Assembly (NCBI RefSeq): GCF_009914755.1
Contig: NC_060947.1
Source of the DNA: the human T2T-CHM13v2.0 reference genome, Homo sapiens
Reading direction: 5' to 3' (one strand)
Length of the DNA stretch: 64,000 nucleotides
The notes under the pieces are model-generated. The model was not told the origin of the DNA. It ran no database searches and worked only from the letters and a program-made list of their open reading frames with translations. The translations under genes and the position numbers were made by a program. Below, piece by piece: positions 41,370-57,143 of this stretch; the first letter of the stretch is position 1, and every line of letters starts with the position of its first letter.

Positions 41370-43335
41370 TTGGTTCAGGCATCAAACACACCTGGGTTTG
41401 CATCTCAACTCCACCTTGTACCAGCTTTGTGACTTTGGGTATATTATTTGACTTTTAGGAGCACTGCTGTGAAACTGGCATACAATAGCTTCTTTTTTTT
41501 TAATTTAAAATAATTTACTTTAGAATTTGTAGTTAATTATATTTAACCTAGATAAAATTTACCTGGGCACATTTTTTTTTTTTTATTTTACTGTAAGTTC
41601 TGTGATACATATGCTGAACGTGCAGGTTTGTTACGTAAGTATACCTGTGCCATGGTGGTTTGCAGCACCTATCAACCCATCATCTAGGTTTTAAGCTCCA
41701 CATGCATTAAGTATTTGTCCTAATGCTCTCCCTCCCCTTTCCCCCAACCCCCCAACAGTCCCCATTGTGTGACGTTCCCCTCCCTGCATCCATGTGTTCT
41801 CATTGATCAGCTCCCACTTATGAGTGAGAACATGTGGTGTTTGGTTTTCCGTTCCTATGTTAGTTTGCTGAGGATGATGGTTTCCAACTTCACCCATGTA
41901 CCTGAAAAGGACATAAACTTATTCTTTATTATGGATGCATAGTATTCCATGGTGTATATGTGCCACATTTTCTTTATCCAGTCCATCACTGATGGGCATT
42001 TGGGTTGGTTCCAAGTCTTTGCTATTGTAAATAGTGCTGTAAAATAAACACACGTGTGCATGTGTCTTTTTATAGTAGAATGATTAATAATCCTTTGGGT
42101 ATATACTCAGTAATGGGATTGCTGGGTCAAATGGTATTTCTGGTTCTACATCCTTGAGGGATCACCACACTGTCTTCCACAATGGTTAAAGTATTTACAC
42201 TCCCATCCACAGTGTAAAAGTGTTCCTATTTCTCCGCATACTCGCCAGCATCTGTTGTTTCCAGACTTTTTAATGATCACCATTCTAACTGGCGTGACAT
42301 GGTATCTTCATTTTGGTTTTGATTTGCATTTCTTTAATGACCAGTGATGGTGAGCTTTTTTTTTCATTTGTTTGTTAGCTTCACAAATGCCTTATTTTGA
42401 GAAGAGTCTGTCCATATCCTTTGCCCACTTTTTGGTGGGGTTGTGTGTTTTTTTCTTGTAAATTTGTTTAAGTTCCTTGTAGATGCTGGATATTAGACCA
42501 TTGTCAGATGGATAGATTGCACAAATTTTCTCCCATTCTTTAGATTGAGTGTTCTCTCTGAGATAGTTTATTTTGCTGAGCAGAAGCTCTTTAGTTTAAT
42601 TAGATCCTATTTGTCAATTTTGCCTTTTATTGCAATTGGTTTTGGCAATTTAGTCATGAAATCTTTGTCCATGCCTAAGTCCTGAATAGTATTGCCTAGG
42701 TTTTCTTCTAGGGTTTTTATAGTTTTAGGTTTTACATTTAAGTTTTTGATCCATCTTGAGTTAATTTCTGTATAAGGTGTAAGGAAGGGGTCCAGTTTCT
42801 GTTTTCTGCATATGGCTAGCCAGTTTTCCCAGCACCATTTATTAAATAGGGAATCCTTTCCCCATTGCTTATTTTTGTCAGGTTTGTCAAAGATCAGGTG
42901 GTTGTAGATATGTTGTGTTATTTCGGAGGCCTCTGTTCTGTTCAATTGGTCTATATATCTGTTTTGATACCAGTACCATGCTGCTTTGATTACTGTAGCC
43001 TTGTAGTATAGTTTGAAGTCAGGCAGCTTGATGCCTCCAGCTTTGTTCTTTTTGCTTAGGATTGTCTTGGCTACACAGGCTCTTTTTTGATTCCATATGA
43101 AATTTAAAGTAGTTTTTTCTGGTTCTGTGAAGAAAGTAAATAGTAGCTTGATGGGGATGGCATTGAATCTATAAATTTATTTGGGCAGTATGGCCATTTT
43201 CACGATATTGATTCTTCCCGTCCATGAGCATGGAATGTTTCTACTTCATAATGTTTGATGTAAGAATTGCTTGAGATAAGTGTCTATTTATCACAATACC
43301 TAGGACATAGTAACCACACAAGAAATTATTTATTA
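41370..43335 (+). mobile_element. MIR split by the L1PA8 insertion (41370-41492 and 43241-43335)
   Basis: Left half cctgggtttgcatctc...gtgactttggg...aatagcttct rejoins right half ctacttcata...gagataag...cctaggacatagtaacc. Confidence 0.75.
41572..43240 (-). mobile_element. 5'-truncated L1PA8-like element (~1.65 kb)
   Basis: 3'UTR diagnostic catctaggttttaagctccacatgcattaagtatttgtcctaatgc; ORF2 peptide [35 protein letters not shown] (42607-42945). Confidence 0.95.
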
Positions 43336-44895
43336 ATACTGAATGGTGGAATGGGAAGGTATCTATATTATGTGAAATCAAAGACACACATCATATCTCT
43401 CCTTCACCAGCCCCCTCACTGTGCAAACAACACAATATAACAACATATAAACAGACAGACACATCAAAATGTTTTGTCTCAGAAGTATTCTTAAGGCATG
43501 ACAAATTGAAGACTTTCCCTGTGCCCTGGGAGGACATAATCTCACCCTGTAGTAGATTCTCAGTAGTTCCTGGTATAGGGTGAGAGATAAGGGGGTACTA
43601 CTATATGCTGGTGCCAAAGAGGATGTAAGATGTGCATACAATAGGATATAAAATACTTTTACTTCTATAAGCCATATATAAATATCAAATCAGCACCATG
43701 GGGGTGATGTAGCATGTATGGGGCTGTCTAGTAACAACTGACTTGTATAACATTATTAAAACAGGAAAGAGGGTAATATATGGAGCACCATACCCTGATC
43801 AGGGCATCTTTCTCTGAATGTTTCTGCAGACTCTGACTCTGGTTTCTGGAGGGATAATCAGTGAAATTTTTGGTGGGAGTTAAATGTAGCTTTTTTCCTG
43901 CAGACATCTTTTCAACTGCAAATATACTTGGACATGACTAAGTAACAAGTTAGCCATCACTCACTGTAAATGAGTTTATGGGAAAGCAGTAAAGGAGAGG
44001 GGAAATATTGATGTGGAAAATAGCTTTTTAAAAATTCACTTCATGAATTCTACACTGTAAGTTTATGTCATTTCTTCTTCATGAAATTTCTGTATTTGAT
44101 TACAACACTTACTTCGAAACTGATTGTACCTTAAAATCATCATAAATGTGTTTGAGGGTATCATTGTCTCTTCAACACTCACTCCTGAAAACTTGTATAC
44201 TTAATGAATATTCACATAACAGAGTTTTTATATAGTTAGATGCCTGCTTACTTTAAGAGAAATAAAACAGACTTTCTGGCCGTTACCTTATTGAGCCAGT
44301 GATCAAACACACAACCACACAAAATATACATATAAAGAGTTTCCCTTAGGGCACATGAGCCCATATTAATGGATTCAGTACTTTTATGGTAAGTTAATCC
44401 TTGGCATCTATCATCAGTTGAGTATTATTAAAAAGCATCAAGCAGCATACATCTGTGGAATCATTTATTCTGTTATCACCCTGAAGAAGGCAGTGAGCTG
44501 ATTCACTGCTGCTACTATATTGGCAATAATAGACAATGATTATTATTTTCTTAGTTCACAGGAAATTACAAATGCAGGTACATTTTAAAAGAGAACCTAC
44601 TGCTATATACAAACTCCAAGTAGCAATATAACTCATTTTTTCCCATTTTTCAAAGTCTCAGGGCAATGCAAAAATTACATAATCAAGGTTTTTCCCATGC
44701 TAGTGGCAAAGATATTTTAAATGCAGAATGAAACCTAAAGATTTCTTAGGTTTATTCATTATGTACAACATTTATAGTCAAGGTAAACTTCATTACTTCT
44801 TAATTAAGAGTAAGTGAAAAAAATCATGATTTTAAGAAGAACATTTATGGGTGCAACATTGAGTTAATATTGATTAGTGAGAATCATCCTTATGT

Positions 44896-44903
44896 TGACG
44901 TCA
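44896..44903. promoter_or_regulatory. Perfect palindromic CRE motif TGACGTCA (motif only)
   Basis: Exact 8-mer in apparently unique sequence; function untested. Confidence 0.25.
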
Positions 44904-47822
44904 CTGTTGAGGAATATGTTCCTTAAACAGCTTATACCAATATAAGGTCATCAAAGTTGGATTTAATTCTGGTGTTGTGCTTGGCAAAGCAGACATCTGC
45001 CTACACAGTAAGATTAAGGAGAGTTAGAAAGAAAAGCAGCCTACATTCATGCCCCAAATAATTCTTATTCCTATTAGAAAAGTATCTGAAATACAACTAT
45101 TAGTGTCCTAAAACATGTGTTTAAGTCACTCAGTCATCAGTTTAAATATAAAATTTCAGTAAAAAATATAGCACACATGTTGGGGCATAGTCATTTAGAG
45201 TCCATTGACCAAATCCCTGTCCAAAAAATAAATATAACATAATAAAGAAAATCCAAAATAAAAACAAAAAATGACCTGTGTATTTCTTGGTTTTATCCCA
45301 AATGGCTACGTGGGTGAAATTTGTTATTTTTTTAAATACATAGAATTTATAAAAATGTACATTTTTGTCCACTGGGGTTCTTTTATTCTTATTAATCAAT
45401 CTTCTGTTATGCTTTCCATAAGAAATATCTTACATTTAAGTCTTAGTTGAGAACCATAAAGATACTATCCCAGCAGAGCCAAATAAATGTTAAGAAGGTA
45501 CAATTATGAATGAAGCTGGCGGCATGTGAGATACTAGGGAGTGATAAGATACATATAATAAACTTGGGAACATGATATGTCTAAAGACATTCAAATAAAG
45601 TTTTTTTAAAGACATAGGATGTGGCACACCAAATATATCTGCAGGAGGTGCCTAGTTGAAACCACTGCCCATTGTTCATCCACACTCACAGCTTGATTTG
45701 TCTATTAATATGAAGGAATGCAGCTCCTTAAGATTCAACACAGAATGGGCACAGAGTACATTGTCCTAGCCACCACCGAGCCCAATTAACAAATGGTCCC
45801 TGGACATTGCTATGAGGTGTTCTTTTCTGAGTATTTTTAACATCGGATCTTACAAAATCTTTCTACTTATCTCACGTAGAGACAGTAATTGTTTTCTTAA
45901 TGCTTCTAGAATGCATTGTGTGTTTCTCTGTTACGGCACTTGTCATCTGGTGCTATAATAGTTTGTTGGCAAGTTTTTTCCTTCACTGGACCATAAGCAC
46001 CTCAAGAGCAAAGTCTAGGGCTTATCTTATTGTGAAAGCCCATTACTCAGTATTTTGTTGGCCCTCATATGCGCATATTTGTCTCCCACAAACATTGCAT
46101 TTTTTGAAGTCGTTTTTCTTTTTTCTTTTTATTTTAGAATATAGGTGAGAAGAGAGAAGAATGGTAGATAAATACTGGGGTTAGAGTAGTTTAGTTTTGA
46201 ACATTTTTACATCTGCTTTAAAAATTAAAGCATAGTAAGATGTGTACAATTTTATTACACCTTTAGTTAAAGTTCTAAAGGGAAGATGGTGGGGGGCGGG
46301 ATGCAGTATTGTAAAATACTTTACACGCACATGAATAATTTACATTTCCTTTAAGGCAACTTGTTTAAGTTAAGGTATTTAGAAAGATTAACTTCTAGGG
46401 CTATTTGCTATTTTTGTGGGGTCACAGAAATTTCAGGGTCAGATCATGGAGGAGAGTTATTATTGAGAAATGTGATTTTATAAATCCATCTGAAGTTGAT
46501 CAGTTTTGTTGGAAAGTATTTGCAATAATCAAATTTGCTATATTATTGTAATAAAACACAGAACATCAATTTCTTAGATTGGGAAATACTCCTCATATCA
46601 ATAACTAATACTCCTTGATGTAGCAGCTTCCTCTTGGACATACAAAGAAAGAGGATGTGGCAAATTTTAGATTAAAAGACTTTATTGTATTATTATTACA
46701 TTTTTGTCAGCTTAGAATTACTACAAAGGTGGTTGATCATTTCTTAGATAATATTCTCGCTATAGCTTTATGAATTGCTGTTTTCCACCAGGGTTATATA
46801 TGTTTAAAGAACAAAGATCTAGAATCAATGTTCTAACTCTGATAAGCAGAACTGAAGATGCAGAGGCATATTTATGTTATTAAAAACATAACATAAAAAA
46901 AGATTGAAAATCTTTTTCAATCAAGAAAAAGATTCTGGTATAGCACTGTTACTTCATCAAAAATAGATAACAATGAATTTGATTTCAGTAAAATGTGTAT
47001 CAGTTACGTGTTAGAGTGGCATATTTCTGATGGTGCAGTATGTTGCTTGAAAAGATTTACATGAGTAACTTATCGAACACATCTCATATCTCTCAATAGG
47101 GTACTCATTTCAGAGGCAAAAGTACTCTGGTCTTGTACCTATATTCAAGAGTTAATCTTTGTTCTAATTTTACTGCCCCTGTGTTTAATGTTATGTTTAA
47201 TTATGCTTAATATTTAAAAGACAATTTACTAAGCATTCATTTTAAAACTCTTTCTGAAGTATAGCCCCTTTAAAGCAATACAATAGTTTCCATTCTGAAA
47301 AAGGACATATTTTGTTTACAGACTGTGAGAAACACAGAGATTGGCTTTGTATATAAACTCAGGGAATCACTGAGCCAGGATAACAGAGCTGTTGGAGCTG
47401 AAAACTGCAGCAGTAAATTTATACTTTAGAATGCACAAAATCATTCTCCAGAATTGAGAAGAGAAAAAAGAACTGACTTTGACACTTTATAACATTTGGT
47501 AGTGATTCTTTGTATTTGGGTAAGACTTTTTTTTTATCATGTTCTTAAAACCCTTTCAGTTTATGAACTCCTTAGATCTTTATAGCTTTTATTAAATTGT
47601 ATATGTAAAATTCATATATATAAATGAAACTCTTAATGAAAAGCAAAGCTTTAAAACAATTGTTAGCACTGAATCTTAGATTATATTTTTCTTCTTACTA
47701 GTTTTATCTACCATTTTCAGTAATATATTTTACGTTATAGTCATATTTATTTTTACTGGAGAGTGCAATTTTCTCAAATCACGACTATTTGGTTTCCTTT
47801 GCATTTCTTCTTTCATGAGCAG

Positions 47823-48835
<1,013 letters not shown>

Positions 48836-49209
48836 CTCCTCTTTAGGACCGTAAATTAGACATATAAATATGTGGCTAGTCCTCTCTTTCTAAATAACAA
48901 TGACTAAATAGAAAATAATAATTAAAGTGAACATAGATGCAGACTAACAATTTCATGTTTAATGAAAGAGTATTTCCAAAATAAGATAAACAAATAGCTG
49001 TCATAAACTACCCATTACTGTCTACAATATGTCCAAAGTACCTATTATCACCACCATTTAAAAACACTGTTCTCAATTTTGTAGTCACTGAAAACTGGAA
49101 ATAAAAATAACCAAAATATGTGAAGATAAGAAGGGAGAAGCACCACAATTATTATAATATATACCTACTACGAATCCAGAAAATGTAAAAAATCAATTAA
49201 AATAACTCA

Positions 49210-49470
49210 CAGCAGGAAGTTTTCTTAACTCACTTCCACTTAACCAATGAGCCACATTACTGACTACCCTCCATTCTCACTGTAGATTATACTGACTGAA
49301 ACATAAGTTGCTTTTAGTGAAATCTGTGCTGAATTTTTGGAAAAACTTATGGGGGCAAGTCTTTAAAATATGATATTGAATTAGGGGAAGTTGTAGTGAT
49401 TATAAATAATTGAGGAAAGTTTCTAAAAATGTTCATAAATTCTATGCATTGGTTGCAGGGTTGTGCATAA
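49210..49470 (+). mobile_element. Possible Tigger-type DNA transposon 5' relic
   Basis: Weak resemblance to a Tigger end (cacttaacc) and to HTH-coding DNA (attgaattagggg). Confidence 0.3.
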
Positions 49471-49499
49471 GGTTTACCTAAAATGATATTTATCACAGG

Positions 49500-50010
49500 G
49501 TTATTTATTTTAATTATTTAAATAATGGTATATTTTAAAAATATAGAAAACTAGAAAACATATAAGAGAAACCTATGTATCTCTCAAATAAAAAATAGAT
49601 ATCAATAATTTCCATATTTGCTTCGAATAATTAAAAAAAACAAATAAACATGGTTGAAAATTACCCTCACTTAGCTACTTTCCTTTCTGTTTACCAAGGG
49701 CAACTAGTCAACCAAATTCAGTATTTATAATTCCCATGCACGTTTTACTTTACTTTTATTACATATGTATATATCCAGAAACATTATACAGTACTGACGT
49801 GCAGGCTTAAAATGTAACAGAAAATGACATCAAACTATAACTCACCTCTCCAACTGGCTTTTTAAACTCTAGATTACATTTCTGAGACTTAACTATGTGA
49901 GTTAACTAGTTGTAAGTAATGTGCAGAATTGCATTATAATCATATACCAAAATTTATCCATTTTCCTGATGATGATCATTTAAGTTAATTCCAATTTTTC
50001 TGTATTATGA
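49500..50010 (-). mobile_element. L1ME-type 3' relic
   Basis: tttatccattttcctgatgatgatcatttaagttaattccaattttt and related motifs. Confidence 0.65.
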
Positions 50011-53000
50011 AAAATGAATATAGTTGAGGTTCCCTCTGCCTGAAAAATATTTTCTGTTACACAATGGTTAGCTAATGTAATCACCACTGAGGAAGAGGAG
50101 CGAGATGGTTAAATATAAAGCTCCACTGATAGAAAACTTCCTGCTTTGAGTAGGCATGTGACCTACTGAAACACCAGCTGAGGCAGCCAAGGGAGTGCTG
50201 GCATGACCTCCCTGCTAACCCCAGGCTGCATAGCTCGTGGCTGCAAAAGAGATCCCTTCTTCTGCTTGAGGAGAGGACAAAGAAGAGTGCAGAGGACTTC
50301 GTGTTGCATTTTGGATACCAGCCCAACCACGACAGGATAAGGCACCCATCATGAGGCCTCCATTTCAGGCCATAGCTTTGGGATATTTCCAGACATATCC
50401 TGAGCCAGAAGGGAACCCACTGCCTTGAAGAAAAGAAACTCATCCTGTCAGCATTCATCACCCACTAACTGAAGAGCCCCTGGGCCCTGAAAAACCAGCA
50501 GCAATACCCAGGTAGTACATTGAGGGCCTTGATGAGCTTCTAAGACTTGCTGGCTTCAGGTGAGACTAACACATTACCAGCTGTGGTGTCCAAACTCCTT
50601 CTGCTTGAGGAAAGCAGAGGAAAATATAAAGGGGACTTTGTCTTGCATCTTAGGTACCAACTGCCACAAGGGTGTGGAGCACCAAGCGGGCTCTTGGGGT
50701 CCCTGATCCCAGGACTTGACTCTTGGATGGCATGTCTAGACCTTCCAAAGGCAAGAGGGGAGCCCATTGCCCTGAAGGGTGAGTGCAAGACCAGGCAGTC
50801 TTGCACAAGTGGACTTAAGAGACCTTGGGCCTTAATGGAACATCAGTGATAGTCTGGCAGCACTTCTTGTGACCAGGGGTGGCTGTGGCTATGAGGTAAG
50901 TTTCCTCTGCCTTTGGAAAAGGGAGGGAAAAGTGAAATAAACTGCATCTTGTGGTTTGAGTATCAGCTCAACACCAGGTAGACTTCTAAGATTTTTAACT
51001 CTAGTCCCTGATACTTGGATGATACTTCTGGGCTCACCTGGGGAAAAGGTAACTTACTGCCTTGAAGGGAAAGACATAGGTCTGGCTGGCATTGCTACCT
51101 GCTGATTGTAGAGCTCCAGGACTTTTACTGACATTGGCAGTGGCCAGGGAGTGGTTAAAGCAGGCCTTAGGCAAGACTCAGTGCTGTGCTGGCTTCAATA
51201 CTGACCCAGCACAGTCGTAATGGTGGTGGCCACAAGGGTGCTTCTGTAACTCCACCCCCAGCTTTAGGTGGTGAGAGAGAGAGTGAGAGAGAGAGAGAGA
51301 GACTGTATGCTTGGGAGAAAGTAAGAAAAGAGTCTCTGTTTGATAATGCAGAGAATTTTCCTGGATCTTGCCCGAGGATATCAAGGTGATACTTCTGTGA
51401 GTCTAAAAGAACCACAGCATTGCTGGCCTTGGGGTTTCTCCTAAAGCAGAAACAGCTTAGATCACAACATGCAAGTCTTCTCAATATCTGGAAAGCCTTC
51501 ACAAGAAGGATGGCTACGAATAAGCCCAGACAGTGAAGACTGCAATAAATACCTAACTCTTCAATGCTCAGACACCAAAGAACATCTACTAGCATCAACA
51601 CCAACCAGGAAAACATGACCATGTCAAATGAGCTACATAAGGCACCAAGGACCAATTCTGGAGAAATAGAGATGTGACCTTTCGGACAGAAAATTCAAAA
51701 TGGCTGTGTTGAGGAAATTCAGATAAATTCAAGATAACATAGATAAGAAATTAAGAATTATATAAGATAAATTTAACAAAAGAGATTGAAATCATTAAAA
51801 AAATTCAACAAAAATTCTGGAGCTGGAAAAGGAAATTGGCATACTGAAGAATGCATGAGTGTGAATTGCTGGCAGAACTGATCAGGCAGAAGAAAGAAAT
51901 AGTGAGTTTGAATATAGGCTACATGAAAATACACAGTCAAAGGAGATAGAAAAAAAAAGAATAAAAACCAAGAAAGCACACCTACAGAATCTAGAAAATA
52001 GCCTCAAAAGGGCCAGTCTAAGAGTTATTGGCCTTAAAGAGGAGACAGAGAAAGAGAGGGGTAGGAGAGATGAAAAAAGTTGTGGATAGGAGGCGGGACT
52101 AAATTGCAGCTCTCATTTGGATGGACAGAGCACCATGGGAAGACTTGCACTGTGAACTTTTGCTCTAAGAAGTACTTCAGGAATAAACCAGGAAAGCCGA
52201 GGGAATCCACAGACCCTTTGAAGGAAGTGGATTGCTCCTGCAGGACATGGGAGACAGCCCAAATATTGTGAGTGCCCAAAATGTGAAAGTGGAAAAGGGG
52301 GACTGTCCACCCCTGAACACACACCCTCACTGCGGAACTTGAATGTCCAGATCACGGGAGAAGGATTTGACCTTACCTGGAACTGAGAAAATTTAGAGAG
52401 CTGAGTGAAATACAGGAGTAGAGGAAGCAGTGGGAAAAGCCCTGTGGGCTCTGTGGGTCCCCAGGGAAGCCATTTTTGACTTGTCTCATAGGGGTCCTTG
52501 GGGAGGGCTGCCAGAGGAACTGGAAAAAGAACACAAGGAGAAGGAAACCTCCAGTTGAACTTTGTAACAATTCCAACCAAGGGTGAAGATTCCTGGCCAG
52601 AACTTGGGGAAGAGCATGAATCTGGTTTGCAGACTCAACAGGTGGAGAGGTGCAAAAGCCCTGTTTGCTTTCTTAGCTGGGAGGCTGATAGCCTAGAGCA
52701 AGTTCTCAGCCCTGCTCATCCACTGCTGGGAACAAACTTGGTGCTATTGGGATGGCATGGAGGGAGTGAGACCAGCCTTTTGGGTTGCACAGGAGCTGAG
52801 TGAGGCCTGTAACTGCTGGCATTCCCCAGCTTCCCTGAAAACCTGCATGAAACAGCAGAGGCAGCCATAATCATTTTGGGAACATAACTACATTGACCTG
52901 GAAACCACAACCCCATCCCCACGCAGCTGCAGCAAGGAGAGTCTAAGCTCAGATAGGCCTTACACTGCCTCCACCTTATGGTCTTTCCCTACCTGCCCTG

Positions 53001-56000
53001 GTAGCTGAAGACAAAGGTCATATTCTCTTGGGAATGCTAGGGCCCCACCCACCACCTGACCCTCCTGTATACTACCACATCTGATGCTCTCTTGAAAGCA
53101 CCAACTCCAGGAAGGAGACCAACTAGCACAAAACTAATGCATTAAACAACTACAACTAAGGACTCTCACAGAGTCCATTTTACTCCCCTGCCACCTCCAC
53201 TGGAGCAGGTGCTGGTATCCATGGCTGAGAGACCTGAAGAAGGTTCACATCACAAAACTCTACGCAGACACCCCACAAGACCAGCCCAGGGCCTGGTAGG
53301 CCTGCTGGGTGGCTAGATCAATAAGAGAAATAACAATCACTACAGCACAGATCTAAGTAAGCCACATTTATAGAAAAAGGGAAATAGTGCTACATCAAGG
53401 AAACACCCCATGGCCAAAAAAGAATCTGAACAGCAGCCTTGAGCCCCAGATCTTCCCTCTGAGATAGCCTACCTAAATGAGAAGAAACCAGAAAAACAAT
53501 CCTGCTAATAAGACAAAACAGGGTTCTTTAACACCCCCCAAAAAATCACACTAGGGCACCAGCAATGGATTCAAACCAGGAAGAGATCCCTGAATTACAA
53601 TAAAAAGAATTCAGGTCAATTATTAAGCTAATCAAGGAGGTACCAGAGAAACTTTAAGTTCAATTTAAAGAAATCAAAACAATGATACAATATATGAGTG
53701 GAGAAACCTTCAGTGAAATAGATAGCTTAAATAAAAAACAAGTGCAACTTCAGGAAATAAAGGACACGCTTAGATAAATGCAAAGGGTTCTAGAAGGTCT
53801 TAGCAATAGAGTCAAACAAGCAGAAGAAAGAACTTCAGAGCTCAAAGACAAGGTTTGAGAAATAACCCAACCCAACAAAGACAAATGAAAAATAATTTTA
53901 AGAAAATGAACAAAGGCTCCAAGGAGTTTGAGATTATGTTTAATGACTAAATGCCAGTTATAAGAATAACTGGCACTCTTGAGGAAGAAAAGAAATCTAA
54001 AAGTTTGGAAAATATATTTGGGGAAATAATTGAGGAAAACTTTCCTGACCTCTCTAGAGATCTAGATATCCAAATACAGGAAACTCAAAGAAAATTCATC
54101 ACAAAAAAATAATCACCTAGGCACATGGTCATCAGGTTATCTAAACTCAACACGAAGGAAAGCATCTTAAGAGTTGTGAGGCAAAGGCACCATGTAGCCT
54201 ACAAAGAAAAACCTATCAGATTAACAGCATATTTCTCAGCAGAAACCCTACAAGCTAAAAGGAATTGGTGCCCTATTTTCAGCCCCCTTAAACAAAACAA
54301 TTATCAGCCAAGAATTTTCTATCCAGTGAAATGAAGCTTGATAAATGAAAGATACAGTTTTTCTCAGACAAACAAATGCTGAGAGAATTCACCACTACCA
54401 AGCCAGCACTATAAGAACTACTAAAAGGAGCTCTAAATCTTGAAACAAATCCTGAAAACACACAGAAGCAGTACCTCTTTAAAGCATGAGTCTCACAGGA
54501 CCTATAAAACAAAAATATGAAAAATAAATAAATTAATTTAAAAAAACAAGATGTTCAGGCAATAAATAGCACAATGAATGGAATTGTAACGTTGAATATA
54601 AATAGCCTAAATGTGCCACTTAAAAGATAAAGAATAGCAGAATGGATAACAATTCACCAACCAAGTGTCTGCTGCCTTCAAAAGACTCACCTAACACATA
54701 AGGACTCACATAAACTTAAGGTAAAGGAGTGGAAAAAGACATTTTATGCAAATAGACACCCAAAACAAGCAGTAGTAGCTATTCTTCTATCAGACATTAC
54801 AAACTTTTTTTAAAAAAAGCAATTTAAAAAGACAAAGAGGGACTTTATATAATGATAAATAGCTTTGTCCAACATGAAAATATCACAATTCTAAATATAT
54901 ACGCACCTAACACTGGAGCTCTCAAATTTATAAAACAATTACTAATAGACCTAAGAAATGAGATAGACAGCAACACAATAATAGTGGAGGATTTTAATAC
55001 TCCAGTGACAGTACTAGACAAGTCATCAAAACAGAAAGTCAACAAAGAAAATATGAATTTAAACTATACCCAAGAACAAATGGACTTAACAGGTATTTAC
55101 AGAACATTTTACATAACAACTGCAGAATAAACATTCTGTTCATCAGTGCATGGAAATTTATCCAAGATAGACCATATGACAGTCCACAAAACAAGTCTCA
55201 ATAGAACTTTAAAAAATAAAATTTTATCAAGTACTCTCTCAGACCACAGTGGAAAAAAATTGGAAATCAACTCCAAAAGGAACCTTCAAAACCATGCAAG
55301 TACATAGAAATTAAATAAACTGCTCCTGAATGATTATTGGGTAAACAATGAAATCAAGATGAAAATTTAAAAAACGTACTTGAACTGAATGATAATGGTG
55401 ATGCAACCTGTCAAAACCACTGAGATAGGACAAAGGTAGTGCTAAGAGGAAAGTCCATAGCCTTAAATGCCTACATCAAAAAGTCCAAAAGAGCACAAAT
55501 AGATAGTCTAAGGTCAAATCTCAAGGAACTGGAGAAATAAGAAAAAAACAAACCCAAATTCACCAGAAGAAAATAAGTAATCAAGAACAGAGCAGAACTA
55601 AATGAAATTGAAACACACACACACACACTCACACAAATACAAAAGATAAATGAAACAAAAAGCTGTTTCTTTTTAAAGATAAATAAAATTGACAGAACAT
55701 TCACAAGGTTAACCAAGAAAAGAAGAAACAAGATGCAAATAAGTTCAATTAAAAATGAAATGGGAGATATTACAACTGACACAACAGAAATATAAAAGGT
55801 CATTTAATGATATTATGAACACATAGTTTATGTGCGTAAATTACAAAACCTAGAGAATATGGATAAATTCCTGGAAATATACAACCATCCTAGCTTAAAT
55901 AAGGAAGAATTAGAAATCCCGAGGAGACTAATAAGAAGCAGCAAGATTAAAATGCATATAAAAAATTACCAACAAAAAAGGTCCATGACCAGACAGATTC

Positions 56001-56250
56001 ACAGCTGAATTCAATCAGACATTCAAAGAGGAATTGGTACCAATTTTACTCACACTATTCTACAAGACAGAGGAAAAGGAAATCCTCTCTAAATGAATCT
56101 ATGAATCCAGTATCACCATAATACCAAAACCAGGAAAGAACATAACAAAAAAAGAAAACTACAGACCAATATCCTTGATGAACATAGATGCAAAAATCCT
56201 TAACAAAAAATAGCTAATGAAATTCAACAGCATGTCAAAAAGATAATCCA

Positions 56251-56617
<367 letters not shown>

Positions 56618-56828
56618 TCATTCCAGGGAGGCAGGGATGCAGGGATGGTTTAACATATGCAAGTTAATGAATGTGATACACCACATTAACAGAATTAAAA
56701 ACAAAAATCATATAATGATCTCAATAAATGCAGAAAAAGCATTTGACAAAATCCAGCATCACTTTATAATTAAATTCATCAGCAAAATTGGCATACAAGA
56801 GACATAATTCTATGTAATAAAAGCCATC

Positions 56829-57143
<315 letters not shown>

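Noticed and set aside
51167-52580. 162-aa and 155-aa minus-strand ORFs in L1 5'UTRs as possible ORF0 analogues
   Set aside because: ORF0 is described for young L1PA 5'UTRs. These lie in L1MA/L1PB UTRs, one includes a (GA)n-derived LSLS run, and I see no similarity.
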